64,000 nucleotides of DNA from Sminthopsis crassicaudata (taxonomy: Eukaryota): assembly GCF_048593235.1 (NCBI RefSeq), contig NC_133618.1, positions 504,513,675-504,577,674 of the forward strand. The letters run 5' to 3'. Positions 22,871 to 36,742 of this stretch are shown here, piece by piece (within the stretch, counting starts at the first letter, position 1; the number at the start of each line of letters is the position of its first letter). The position numbers were made by a program, and so were the translations under genes. Below the pieces are notes generated by a model. It saw only the letters and a list, made by a program, of their open reading frames with translations. It ran no database searches and was not told where the DNA came from.

Positions 22871-25718
22871 CACTGGATGCTGTTCGCCTCAGCTCACCTC
22901 CTGTAGTGTGAGCTAGAGACGGAAATGGCGAATCACTACCTTTGTCAAGAAAATGCAAATGGGGTCATGATATAGTGTAATCTAAGGGAAAAAGCATCAT
23001 AGAAGGAAATACACCACCCTACCATCGCTGGAGAAGCGGAGAGACCCGAAGGAAGGCAGGCAGGAAAAACTGGGGAGAAGCCTGCTTCTGACATCACCTC
23101 AATGGTGAATCTGGACAGGTCACTTCATTTTTTCAGCCTCAATTTCCTTGACTGTCAAATGATGATGATAATTCCTCTTGCCTTTGCCTCAAAGTTTCAG
23201 CAAAGTTGTGAATGGAACTATGCAAACATAAGGTGTTCTTTAAAATGTGTCCCACCATGTTCATCACTGCATAAAATGATTAGATCATAATTCCATATAC
23301 TTTTTATTTGGGAACAATGATTCTCATTGGTAAATGTTTCGACCCATATTCACCACCACCACTCCTGACAAATTACATAATATTTATTTTATATTTTGTT
23401 GTTCAGTCATTTCAGTCATATTCAACTCTTCACTGCCTATACTTATTCCTTCCATTTCTTTTTTTGTTTGTCTTATTGCTGGCATTTCTAGAGCAATTTT
23501 GAAAATTAAGGATGGTAACAGACATCCTTGTTGAGGTTTGTAGTTTATCCTCATTACAGAAATTGTTTGCTCTTGGTTTTAGATAGATACCACTTATCAT
23601 CTAAGAAATATAAAATTTGGCATCCCCTTACTAATATGCCTTCTAGTATTTTTTTTTAACAGAAAGATATATTGTATTTTGACAAAAGCTTTTTCAAGAT
23701 AAAGTGGCACAAACCAAGAGGCACTGAAGACAGTGTGAAGATGAATCAAGAGCCAGATCGTGATGCTGAATGTTGGTTATGGAAACAATAAGACCAAAAA
23801 AAGTTATCCAATGGATTCATGGTGCACAGTATCAAAGATGTCCTCTAAACAGGTGATGGTCTTATAGCTCTCTGTTGTCCTAACTCTAACTGAGATTGGA
23901 GCCTATGGCTGAGTAACCAGGGAGGGACTGGCGAGGTGAGCCAACGGTTCTCTTGTGCTGTTGTCTTGATCCAGGAACAGAAGCATGAATTCAGTTTACA
24001 GACTTAAGCTAGATCCAGCAGCTGAATAACCGAGACAAGGATAAGCCTACAGTTCTACTGCTCTGAACCTACAGATCTTTCTGGCTAGCTGACAAGGCTG
24101 ACGGCCGTGACTGTCTTCTACAGAAAAGCTTCTTTTAAACTGTGGGTCTCAACCCCATGGGGTTGTGTAACTGAAAGTGGGGTCCTCCAGGTTACTTATA
24201 CCTTCAGAATCTAATACTTAATGTGCAACAAGAAAATGGTATTTACACACATATATTGTATCTAGGTTATATTGTAACACAAAATATATAAATTGTTTTG
24301 CGGGAACCATGTCCTTACAGGTATACAGAATGTAAGTCTCAGGAACATGGAGCCAGAGAACTCCCATATAGAAGTGTCCCCTTGCATACTAGTTCCCTTA
24401 GAAAAAGTTCATGTTGCTTGTTCCCCGATTTTGCTTATGGCTCCGGATAACCTAATCTTCACTTCTAGCACATCTCCAGAACTCCTAAAATGGTATCCAC
24501 CTCCCACCTTGGAGATGGTGGACTAACTAAACATTGTAATACAATCAACATACATCTATTACCCCTTTCCCTTATGATTGCACACTGTGATCATCACAAC
24601 ACTAACATCTATGTTTTGTATTGAAAATATTTGTTCTCTAGTTGATATTTTGATTTTTTTTAACATCTATATTCTCTCTTGAATTTGAGTTTTCCAGATT
24701 AGTAAGGCCATTTTTCAATCTCTCCTGTAGAGTACTATCTACATAACAGATGTTCAATAGTTTTTTCCATAAAGGAATAAAAGTCTAAGATTTCTTCAGT
24801 TTATATCTTCTCTCCCCAAGATGCACTGGGAAAGAGATTTGAAGGTATGTGTATAACCAAATGGCCTGGTTCTGAGGAAGATAAGGCAACATTTTCATCC
24901 ACTAGAGCCTAGGACAGAATCAGTTACAAGAAGAGAGGCTAGCATTGGCCTTGGCAAGGAGTCACTTGTTCAGAAACTGAAGATGACAAAAATCACCATA
25001 TTCTATCCTACCTTACCCTCCCCACACTCCTTGGACTTACTACCTATTTAATTTTAGGCCTGAGTTCAAATGTGGCCTCAGACATTTAACACTTCCTGTG
25101 TGACCTTGGACAAGTCACTTAACTCCTATTGCCTCAGGAGAAAAGTCATGAATGAATGAATGAGAACCAGGAATTGGGGCAGAGGGAGTTTTACAGCAAC
25201 TTTCTCTGATAAAGGCCTTATTTCTCAAATATATAGACAAGTAAGCCAAATTTATAAAAATAATAGCTTCCCCCAATTGATAAATGGTCAAAGAATATGG
25301 ACAGGCAGTTTTCAGGAAAAAAAATCAAAGCTATCAAGTCACATAAAGAAATGCTCTAAATCACTACTAATTGGAGAAATGCAAATTAAAACAGCTCTTA
25401 GGCACTACCTAATACCAATTAGATTGAATCCTGGAAGGGATGTGGAAAAATTGGATGTGGGACACTAATGCACTGTTGCTGGAGTTGTGAACTGATCCAA
25501 CCATTTTGGAAAACAATTAGGACTTATGCCCAAAAGTATAAAAATGCAAATTCTATATCCAAAAAGATCAAAGAAAAAGTAAAGAGACCCAAATCTGAAG
25601 TTAAGTAAGGGAGCTGGATTAGTGTTTAAGGGTCTTTCCAACACTAAATTGATACTATTGATATACTGAATATAGATTAAAGCATGTTTTTTCCTTTAAT
25701 TTTTCTTATTTTTGATTC

Positions 25719-25867
25719 TTTTTTTTTTTTTTTTTTTGAGGCTGGGGTTAAGTGACTTGCCCAGGGTCACATAGCTAGGAAGTATTAAGTGTCTGAGACC
25801 AGATTTGAACTCAGGTCCTCCTGAATTCAGGGCTGGTGCTCTATCCACTGCGCCACCTAGCTGCCCC
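25719..25867 (-). mobile_element. WSINE1-type CORE-SINE
   Basis: Reverse complement of ggggcagctaggtggcgcagtggatagagcaccagccctg...cagcctcaaaa(n). TSD tatttttga at 25707-25715 and 25868-25876. Confidence 0.85.
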
Positions 25868-26573
25868 TATTTTTGAAATTTCTAACATTGAAATGTTTTA
25901 CATGACTCTACATGTATATTCAATTATATATTGCTTGTTTTTTCAATATATGGGAAAAGACTGGAAAGAGAATACTAAGAACTCAAAATAAAAATAAAAA
26001 AATGTTAAATGTAAACAATTTTTTAAAAAGCTTCCCTTTTGGAAGACAATCCTTAAAATGGCCAGTGAAAAGTACCACCAAGTAGTAAAGAATAAAAGAC
26101 ACAATCTCTTAGTATTTTAGGCTACCTTTAACTTGTTTAACCTGTTTAACAGTTGCTGAATTTCACATGTTCATGTTTAGGGAAAGAAAGAGCAAGAGAG
26201 CAAATGAGTGAAAAAAAGAGAAAGATAGAGAGAAGAGAGGGAGAGAGACACTCAAGTGAATTGTTTATTCTAAAACCCCTAAACACAATTATTTCCATCT
26301 CAGGTGAGATATAAACAGGCTGGTCCAGAAGCTCCTGTATTAATTGGGAGAGGGAAAGGTTGGTTAAAGAACAAACTGAATTCTCTATTTGGTTTTGCAA
26401 TGGGATATTTAATCCAACTAATGACCAACGTATTTTAGGAAATACTGAAAAAAATTTTCCTCATTCTTAAATCAGTCCTAGATCATGTAACTACCATTTT
26501 TTTTTTTTTTAAAGGCTTAACCACTACAACTTTAAGTATAACAGAGATTCATGGCTTCATATATGATCTTTTC

Positions 26574-26604
<31 letters not shown>

Positions 26605-27119
26605 GAAAATGTTTACTGATTCATGTCCAGTTCACAATAAAAAAGAAATTCAGAAAAAATGTAAAGCGTAGGTATGGAGACTATTCATTCTATTGGCTTC
26701 TCTAGAGTTCAAGAAGTTTAAGAAATCCCTGAGCTGCCCTATACTCTTCCCTCCTGGACCAGCTAGGTGAATTCCCCTCAGGACTGGAGAACCTGCAGTC
26801 AGCCCATCTACACCATTCTGGGCACTGTGCCCTGCTGAGACAGATGTCCGGCTCTTGTGTCACCTGGCTCAGAGGCCCTAGAGATGGGCTTTGGGTTAGT
26901 GGGAAGTAGGGAATGGGCATGAAAAGCTAGGAGGACAACATTAAGCCAAAGTCTTTTTGGAAGATCTGAGCTGTATCTTAGGAGACTCCTAGAAAACAGA
27001 CTGTATTTAGTTTTTGTCACTGACTGTCCGGTTCCTGGACTGATGTCCCACACAGAGCTGTGGGGAAAGAGATGCCCTTGGGGAGGACAGGTCTGGAGTG
27101 GTGGCAGTCTCACCACCGC

Positions 27120-30100
27120 TCAGTTGAGCCCAGCCTTCTCTAGGTCCTCAGGCAGTATACGGCCCTTCTTGCGAGCCTTGGCCTTGCGACGCTCCATCTT
27201 GGCCACCTTCTTCTTCCGCAGGTTCTTGCGCCGCTTGTCCTGCCGCTGCTGCATCTTCTCCACCACGTGGGCCGTGCGCTTCTCCCACTGCCGCTTCCTC
27301 TGGGCCCGGCGCTTCTCTTTGCGTTTCAAGGCTGCCTTTAGCAGCTCTTCGTTGTCCCGGATTTTTATGCCTTCGGCCTTGTACAAAAGGTTTGTCCACT
27401 TCATTTTGGTTTCCATCTCCCGGGCCTTCTCCTCATCCTGCTCCCTCAGCTCCTCAAGCTTGTTCTTGCGGGCCTGCACACGCTCCAATAGCTGTCTGTA
27501 GTTTTTCCCTGTCAGAGGGGTCAGGTTCCCCTTCACGTGCTGCCTCTTTTCCTTCTTCTTCTGGGCCTTGCTGACTGGCTCCTCGTTCACCTCCAATTTG
27601 TTGAACACCAGTTCGGGCGCACTCTGTTGATCCCTCTGTGGGGGCTCCGGGCCAGCCTCCTTGGCTCCGACTTGAGCTTCAGCCTTGGCTGCCTTCTCCT
27701 TGGCCCTGATTTCCTTGCGTTTCCGTTTCTTCCTCTCCCGCTCTTGCTTTCTCCGCTGCCTCTTCTCTAGGGCTGCAGGAGACAGGTCTTTGGTGTGGCC
27801 CTGGAGGGATCAAAGGAAGAGAATTCAAAAATGGCAGCAGGAGAGGATTGTGCAGTGCTAGAGTCGGGGGTCACCTGAATAGGTGACATCCCTCACTCAC
27901 GCCCACATTTTACCGATGGGACGATAAAGTCTAGAGATGGGCAGGAAGAGGCTTGCTCAAGCTCACACAGAGGTAAAACAGCAGAGCCAGAGCTAGTACT
28001 GAGGTCTCCTAATGCCTGAATCAGTCCTCTTTCTTTTATACTCTACTGCCTCATCAGGAGATGAGAAAAGGAAGGGGGCTCTGTACCATATTTAGTCATT
28101 TTAAAAACTGCCTCCCCCACACCTCTCATAATACTTTTACCCATAAAACAAGAAAGCATAATCCTCTCAACTATCACCTTAGTTTCTTTATCTGCAAAAT
28201 GAAAGAAAGTGACCTATTTTATAGCTCTGATTCCTTGAACCAATAGAGCACTGTAAGATTTACAAAGTACTTTCCATCTACTGCCATTTAATTCTTACAA
28301 AAACTTTATGAGGCAGAAGCTACTATTATGTCCCTTTCATAGATGAGGAGATAGTTTAAAAAAGGTTAAGTAATTTGCCCAGATTCACACAGAAAGTGTC
28401 TGAGAAGGGTTCTAAATCTGGCTCTTCCTAGCTCCAAATCTGGTGCTCTCTACACTAAGCTAGGTTGCCTTTCAAAACAATTCCCAACACAGTTTACATC
28501 TCTTGCTCTTGCTAAGCCTTGGAAATTCAGGACTGTTGGTGTGGACAACTAGCTAAAAGATAAATCATATAGAAAAATAAAACCTTCAGTGTCTGAACTG
28601 TAAGTTACTTGACTAGATTCTAAATTCTCTGAGGGCAGGGACCTTTTTTTTTTGTTTGTTTTTTAAAATCTTGTATCTCCCTTAACACCTACCATAATAT
28701 ACAGCACAGGAAATGTTTAATATTAAATACTGTAGTAATTTAGAGAGAAAAAAGTTGGCAAAGGACCAAACTGAATCCTCTATTTGGCTTTCCAATGGAA
28801 CTATTCAATCCAACTGATGGCCAACATATCTCCTGTAAGGAAATACTGAAGAAGTCTCTCTCATTCTTAAATCAGCCCTAGATCATGTAACCACCATTTT
28901 CTCAAGACAACTATTACAACTCTAAGTATAACAGAGATTCATGGTTTCATATATAATCCTTTTTTCCTGTTTGTCTTTTAATATAGAAAATAGTTGAAAT
29001 GTTAAGCAGAAAGAATGAAAACTGAAACAGAATACCAAATAATCATATTGACCAAATGTGGACCTGGCAAAGAGGTGAGAAAATACAACTCCTTCCCTTA
29101 TTCTAAAGGAATAGAATACTGCATACTTTCAGACACAGAGAATGTGTTGGTTAGTTTTGCCAACTGCTTTTTTTTAATTCTCTTTTACAATCTACTCCAA
29201 GGTTGAGAGATGGGAGAATAAATAAATGCAATATATATAATAAAGCAATAAATGACTAAAGTAATGAAAATAATTATTTGTTGAATTAATAAATTAAAGA
29301 AAATATGCAAAGAAGAAATGCTCAATAAGATAGCAGTTTTATTTTAACAGAAGCCCACATCTGATTAGGTGTTAAATAGGGAGGGTTTGCAAATGATAAA
29401 CCTACCTGACCACTAGCCTCCTTTATTTTCTCATGTAGTCGCTGGCGCAGAATATCCATGGCTAGGAAGGAGACTGGCTTGCTAGCAGGAACAACTGTCA
29501 GAAGGATTGGGGTCAAGAATTATTTTAGAAGGAACATGCAGAATATAACATACATTTTTGAACATGGACAACATGGAAATTTGTTTTTTCTGATTAGACA
29601 TATCTGTAACATGGTTTAGTCCTCCTCCCCTGGTGCTAGAAGAAGGGAGGTGGAAGCAAGGGAAGAAGCAAATGTATTGATAATTGAAAAAATATTTTAA
29701 TTTAAAATCCTTAAAGAAAAAGAAATCTGTCTGATGTCTCTCTTTCCCCGGTCAGCAAAATGAGGGAATTGAACTAGATGGCTATTAAGGGTCCCTCTCA
29801 AATCCTAACATTCCAAGATACTCATCTTAGAGCTGAGTCTGTCTCTTCTCTCCTATAGGGTATGTCTGTTGCCACCTTGTGTTCTAGCAATAATTACAGA
29901 ATCCCACAATTGGAAGGGATTTACAATGCAACTACTTCAAATCTACACTTGAATACAAATCCCCTCTATGTAATGCCCAACAAATAGACTATCTAGCCTT
30001 TCCTTGAAGATCTTTAGTTAGGGGGAACCCACAATCTCTAGCAATGGCCCATTCCACTTTCTGATAATTCTATATATCAGGAAGCTAACACCAAGCCTAA

Positions 30101-33100
30101 ATTTGCCGCGCAGAAACTTAAATTCCTATGTTCCTAGCTTTGTCTGTTGAAACCAAGAAGACTATAACTAACTCCCTCTTCTGTGTAGCAACCCTTCACA
30201 TAACTTGAAGACCATTCTTATGTCTTCTCATCAAGTTTTCTCAATCAAGAATCATTGCTCCTCTTTCATTTATAAAGATACTTTATACTAATAGGACCAC
30301 AAAATCTAGAATGAGAATGTTAAAAGGCTCCTTTAAGGCCTAGCTCATCCCTTTCATTCCATAGATGGGAAAAGAAATTTAGGGAGGGGAAGCAATGGCC
30401 ACAAAGCTGAAGAGTTCCTGGCAGTACAAGTACCAGAATTCACATATCCTGATTCCTAGATCAGTGTTCTATCACACCAAGCTGTTTCTGAAGTCAGTAG
30501 GGTTTGAACAAGTCCACCCTTCTCTCTGCTTCTTCTTTTCCTTCAGCAGCTCAAAACTTGCAATCCTCATTTTCTCTAAAATAAAGCCTTCACCTCTCTT
30601 TTGGTCTATCCTCAAAAGTTACCTTTCCCTCAATCTTTGTCATTTCAGTTACCCACATCCACCTCATTTCCATCTTGGCCAAAGTTCATTTGCCAAATGG
30701 CTTTTTAGACAGTGACATGCTATCATGTATAGAGCATTAGAGCTAGGCCCTGTTCTACCAAAATCCTCCTTCAATACCAGTGTGGCAGCATGTCACAGCA
30801 AAAAGCTGTTATAACACAAAGAACAGAGATATTGGAGTCAGAGATTCTGGGTTCAAACTCCATTACTGAGGCTTACTCTGTGTTGATCACTGACCTTCTC
30901 CGAGTTCTCACTTTCTCATCTGGAAAATTAGACAGGTGGTTTGGAGCATCACTTTTAGTTCTGGATCTATGAAACACTGATCTTACCAGGGTAAGATGTC
31001 AATCCTAGGTCCCTGAGGACTGTTACAAGGGAGACCAAGATTTGGAGGTACCTGGAAAGGGACTAGAAATCATGTTTCCCACATCCCGGGAGAATCCTCT
31101 GTCTTGCCTCTAACATACAACAAACATTTGGAATAAAGACAAAAGAATGTTCTCATTTCCATTTCCTAAATTCACCTCACCACACTAGAGTCTCACCTGT
31201 GGGGCCTCCATTGGGCCTGGAACCTGCCTGCTCCTTTGTGATGACAGGGTTCTTGGCTCTAGGAGCTTCAGATTTGCTGTCAGAGGACTTATTTTGGATC
31301 CTGTTGGCCTTTTCATTCTGGTTCTGGGATTTCTTTTTTTGCTCCTTCTTCTTCTTCTTCTTCTTCTTTGGAGGTCCAGTGGTTTCTAGATCACCTGATT
31401 TGGGAGCTTAAACAAAGATGGAAAAAGTTTATTCTATGTTGAAAACCATCTCTGTGTGTATTTTGAAAAATAAAGTTATTATTATTAAAAAATTAAAAAA
31501 GACCACTCTTGTCAAGATGAAATGCTAGAAGTGATCTTTGTTGGATATAATCTATCAGATTTTGACATAAATATGACACTGAAGGAACAATTTTTTAAAT
31601 TGTGTAGGTAAGATCTCAAAAGCACAATACAGTTAAAATTAACTGATACTTTTAATTAAAGACATAGAAAACATAATTGTATCAATAATTTTAAACATGC
31701 TTTTATCAAATAATCAAAATTGAAAAAACAAGTATTAAATACTTTCTACTTAAAAAAAAAAAAAAATTCAATTCCCTGGTCCATTTTGAGACAAGGTAGG
31801 GAGCTGTAGTAGAAAGGGCCCTGGATTTTGAGTAAGAGATCCCAAGCCTATATTCCATTTTCACTACTGGAGATCCTGGTCAAAGCAATTCCCCTCTTTG
31901 AGGTGTAATTAAGACAATTCTCTTTCTTCCAATTCAAAATTCTGATTAGGATGGAAGGACCCCAAAGGAGTTGGTACACAGTTCTCAACTCCAGCCTTCA
32001 CACTTTCCCTGCTTCTTTGAATTCCTGTGTTACATACTATTTGTACTGTACAATTTTAGTTGTTATTCGGTTATATTAAGTTGTGTCTGAGTCTTCGTGA
32101 ACCCGTGGGGGGTGGAGATGGCCGACAAAAACACAAAGTGGTTTGCCATTGCCTTCTCCAGCTCATATGATAGATAAGGAAGCCGAGGCATTAAGTGACT
32201 TATCCAGGGTCACACAGCCAGTGGCTAATGAGAACTTTCACACTACTGTCTCCTCCTGGAACCCACGACCACCATCCCAACCTCCTTCGCCCACTGGATG
32301 TCTCTGCCTCACTCCATTGGAGGAAGAGCCCACATCGGTCATTTTTCATTCCCCTCTTGGCTGTTCTTTTGATTCTCCAGGTTTCAACACAAACACCCCA
32401 ATAACACTTCCCCTCTCCCGCCTCCTACTTCAAGCGCCTTTTTTGGGGTGTCTTCTTCCCATTAGAAGGTGACTTGTTTGAAGGCCAAGATATCTTTCTT
32501 AGCTGAGCATATGTGGTCCCTGGCATATTTAACAATAAGTGCTTGTTACCAGGGAAAGAGCCGGACAGAGCATAAGTGCCCGACAAATAAAACCTCCTGA
32601 CTGATTACTCTTATAATCTTCTAATTGTCTGCAGGGTCTTTTTGGGTGACCAAAGTGTGACAAAAGAACCCACTCAGTAAATAACTGTAATTGATTCTAA
32701 GTTGTAACAATAATAATCCATCATCACCATACTTTTTAAAGTTATGACGACACTGGTATAGGAATCCTCAGGAGAAGAAATTCCCTCATCCTCGGGACAC
32801 AAAGACGGCGGACTTTGGGGCGAACCGCGAATTGATTTCACATACGTTTTGTCACTGACTTTCCCAATAGCCCCATAAAGGAGGTAAGGCAAGACCAGAC
32901 ACACTGAAGCTCGGAAATAAAAAATGTTTTGCCAAATTAATGACAGCCGTGGCCCTAGAACCCAGATCTTCTGTAATTCAGCACTCTTTCACGTGGACCG
33001 CTGCGCTTCTTTACTAAGAGCGAAGTCAAGGTAATCTATGGATAAGGCTGAGGCCCGGGGAACGTAAAGAACTCCCACACTGATTTTTTTGATTCCAAGA

Positions 33101-33208
33101 TCTGTATGCATTACCCCATTTCCGCTTCTGTGGCTCCACACTGGGCTGGGAGCAGATTTTCTTGGCTAGATTCTGCAGGTAGGAGTCTTTGGCCGCCAGT
33201 GATGCCAT
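27120..33208 (-). CDS. SURF6: Surfeit locus protein 6 (nucleolar), 357 aa; coding exons 33208-33115, 31406-31197, 29494-29406, 27800-27120
   Basis: Translates MASLAAKDSYLQNLAKKIC...DILRQRLHEKI...KGNLTPLTGKNYRQLLER...KWTNLLYKAEG...GRILPEDLEKAGLN. Exons of 94+210+89+681 = 1074 nt, all GT-AG with matching phases. Confidence 0.97.
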
Positions 33209-33935
33209 GGGGAAAGGGCGGGAATCACCGAATCCTGTAGGAAAACCTCAATCCCCGCTTCAGAGGCATTGGGCGTGCCTGGAAGGGCTTTCTTTCCCAC
33301 TGTTCCTGAATTGGGGGGGGAAAAAAAAGGAGAGCTGGAAAGAGTCAGGTGCCCACGAGTTCGATGCCCTGTCCAGAAGGTCGGGAGAGCACTGTTCCCG
33401 GCACCCTTACTCTTCCCTAACAACAACGAGAAAGCCTTCTAAAAGCCAGCTCACTCCACACCGGGGTACTACTCTCCAGAGTCCTAAATCAGTCTACTTC
33501 TCTCAGAGAGGGAGGGGCCGCGTGTTTCTCCACCGACTGCGCATGTGCACCTGTGTCTCGGACAGTGCGGCTCGACGAGCATGCGTGGGTGTGTATCTGA
33601 GACTGTGGAGATGCAGACTGCTGCGCTCCGCTTTCTCGGCCGGTCACTGCGCTAGGACAGGATTGCGCGGAGGAGGCTGAGGGGGTCCGTGGGCGCGGCT
33701 GGGAGTCGCAGGGCCCGAGGGACCTGTCCGGACGCGCCAGCCTCTGGGGGCTGCGGGCACCTCCTGGTGACAGGCGGGACCCCTCCAGGAGAGGGGAGGG
33801 CAGGAAAGCCAAGGAGGAGAAGGGGAGGAGAAAGGGGACGAGGCAGGGCGAGAGGAACAAGGCTTGGGGGACACGCACGAGGAGGGGAGGGAGCCGGTAC
33901 CACCCACCAAGTCCATGTACCCTCGGGCTACTTAC

Positions 33936-34150
33936 CGGCCTCCCGAAAACGTCGGTCACTTCACTCCGGGGAAAACCACATGGGAAGGCAGGACTAGGAG
34001 AACATAAGTCAAGAGAGAGCTGCGTTCGATTGGCCAGGTCTAGTAGGGCGGGTTCAAAGTAGGAGGGGTGAAACCTCAAAGGATTGTGGGTTGCTGGATG
34101 GCTCTGAGGAAGAACACCCAATCAGAACTTCGCCTTGGACGGTAGATGGG
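33936..34150 (-). promoter_or_regulatory. SURF6: SURF6 CpG-island promoter and putative non-coding first exon (ends 33936; intron to acceptor at 33234)
   Basis: Donor CCG|GTAAGT at 33935, acceptor ttttcctacag|G 26 nt upstream of the ATG, CCAAT motifs at ~34030 and ~34118, CpG island ~33000-34150. Confidence 0.7.
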
Positions 34151-36708
34151 AGGGGTTTGGAACGTTGGAACGTAAGGCGTCTGCGCTGGAAGGGGAGGAA
34201 TTTGGTAGTGGTGCCCTCAGCCTGCCAGTCACCCTAGAGCGTTTATTTAGTGTTTTTACCTGCCGAGCTCGGTGCTAATTAGGCACGGATATCTGGACGT
34301 CCGGAAGCCAAATCTTAATGACCATGAGGACCATGATGTACGTTTAAAAAGTATATTTCTCATAAACACATGCATACAGGTGTACATTGAAGAGGTTAAT
34401 GCACGTGTTTATCTTAAAGGTACATAAATATATAAAATTTTAAATATGCATAGTTGTCTTCTTGTTCTCTCGAGTTGGAAAGTGAACTCCTTGAGGGCAA
34501 GGACTGTTACCACATGCGCGCAGAGCCGACAATGTTAAATCCCTTATGCCTTCCATAAAAACAAGCCAGACTCCGGAGTCTGCCCTGCCCACCCCCACCC
34601 CGTTATGCTATTTTGTTAATACGTTTTTGGAGGATACTAAATTTGTCATTTTATAGGCATAAAGAGCTCCTGGAAAGGAACTTCTTTAAACTAGTGAATC
34701 TATACACTTGTTTTGCAATTTATAATCTAGAATCACCTAGTGGCACGAGGATACTAGTTACTAGGTCATAAGGCTACTAGCATCCGTCAGAGGAAGGTCT
34801 TCCTTCTCTAAGTAACCCCTACTCTGCATGTGCCTGTTTTGTGTGTGACAGAGCAGAGGAGGGTGAGGATTGACCAGACTGGTAGGAGAGCTCAGTCACC
34901 AAAAAGAAGGAAAAGCCTATGGTCAACAATATCAGATACTGATGAGAGATTAAGAAAGATGGGATTGGAGTAAGGAATTTAGATTTGGCAAATGAGAAAT
35001 CAATTGGAAGTTTTGGTGAGAGGAACCCATATGTATTACAAGGTTGTCGTCAAAAAAAGCAGTATTTATTATATTCCATGCACTGGACTATCCTTGACAT
35101 CGATATCCTTGGAAATATATTGATTTTGGTCCTTCTAGAAAAGGAATAATATCACCAGTATGACACCATGACTTACTAATGAATTGGTCTCCAGTGGGGC
35201 AGGGCTTCAAAAAGTCATCTTCATACTTGCTTTCTGCCTTAAGAGTCTGGGAATCCAGTACCAGATCAAACATCAATGCAACAGTCAGTGGCCCAAGAAG
35301 CAGTGGGTGATTTTAGATCTTTCTAAATTAAGGTTCTCCCAGGTCTGTACAAGACACATTTTAAAAAACCACAGTCCACTTTTCAGGACAATTTCCCTCA
35401 TCAGCCCAAGCTTTCCAAAGCTGTATTCCACAGTACTACTGAAACAATTAAAGAATGGAAATTAGGAAATCAAATTATTTAAACCTCACGATTTGTTTTT
35501 TTACAGAAGGTGGTTCAAGTCCACATATCCTTTAGTCAGTCATGGTAACTATTTGGCAAGACAATACCCCCTTCAAGACTTCTTAGCTTGGTTATATATA
35601 AGACTAGTAGAATGTTAACTTGAAGGGACTGACTCAGTGTCTGGCATAAAGCTAGTATTTAATAAATGATGGTTGATTAACTGAGAAGTGAAGCACAAAT
35701 ATGATTTTCTCTCTATCTAGATTGACTACTACTAAGTGTTCCTTATTATTTTCCTAATTTTACTGTTGGTTAACTTTTTAAAATCTGGGGTAAAATTCTT
35801 TGTACTCTAGGGGTTTATAATCTGATTTATGAGACAAGTCCCATCCACAGAACAAGGGAAATCATCCTTGTTCCTTTTTAGGAAGTCTAAGATTGATGGA
35901 GCTGGATTCTAGTCCTGGCTGTTCCTCACTCTGTGACCTCAGACAACTTGTCTTGGTTTGTAAAATAATTGGCTTGGACTGAATTTAGTCAATAGATGAG
36001 CTCAAGGCTCTTGCTAGTTCTAACATTCTATGTTCAATAATGTTTTTCTTTAGAACCAACCTCCTAATTTACATCATCCAGAATGTAAGCTCCATAAGAT
36101 CAAGAATCTTCCCTGCTTTGAATCCCCAGTTTTTATCAGTATGTGGCACATAGCAGGCACTTATTTCTATTAAGCGTTTGTTGACCGAGCCCCTTCCCTT
36201 CAGATGACTAAGTATGACCCTCTCTTTCTCCACCAGATGATACAATGGAAAAGAGTTATTTTCTTTTCTGCTCCCCCTCCCAAGGTCCTAAGTGCATCTC
36301 TAATGTTAGAGGACCAGCAGGTATACTCTCCCAACTTGTGAGTTCATATTTTTCAAGACAAATCACCAAAAGTCCATGATTTATTTATTCAACATTCTAC
36401 TTACAAAAATAAAGAATCACTGTAGAAAATGAATGGTACATGACAGTGTAATCCAGTCCCTCTGTTCACCTGAGATCCAGGCAATAGCAACATTTCAAGA
36501 GTCACCTTTAATATAGAACTTCCCATGGAAAAAGTGACTATGTCAAGTATTTATCTTGTGAGATGAAGCTGGTTTTGCTCATTTACAGTAGTTAAATCTG
36601 ACCCACAAAAGTCAGTTTTAAATGTGGCTTTTATGTATGCTGCTTAAGTTAATGCCACGTTTTTTCTGTATCTACTTACAAATCCAAGTATTCATGGTCC
36701 CCCTTCTT

Positions 36709-36742
<34 letters not shown>

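Noticed and set aside
22890-22900. Strong minus-strand donor GAG|GTGAGC as a candidate ABO/GBGT1 exon 1
   Set aside because: It lies within a MAR1-type SINE and has no ABO-like coding sequence upstream.
9112-26300. Search for ABO, GBGT1 or lipocalin exons expected from human synteny
   Set aside because: No glycosyltransferase or lipocalin motif was found in the ORF track or in the segments I translated. Small exons could have been missed.
35169-35238. 70-nt minus-strand cassette with a GTAAGT donor between MED22 and SURF6
   Set aside because: The peptide is unrecognisable, it lies beyond the MED22 poly(A) signal, and nothing else supports read-through splicing.
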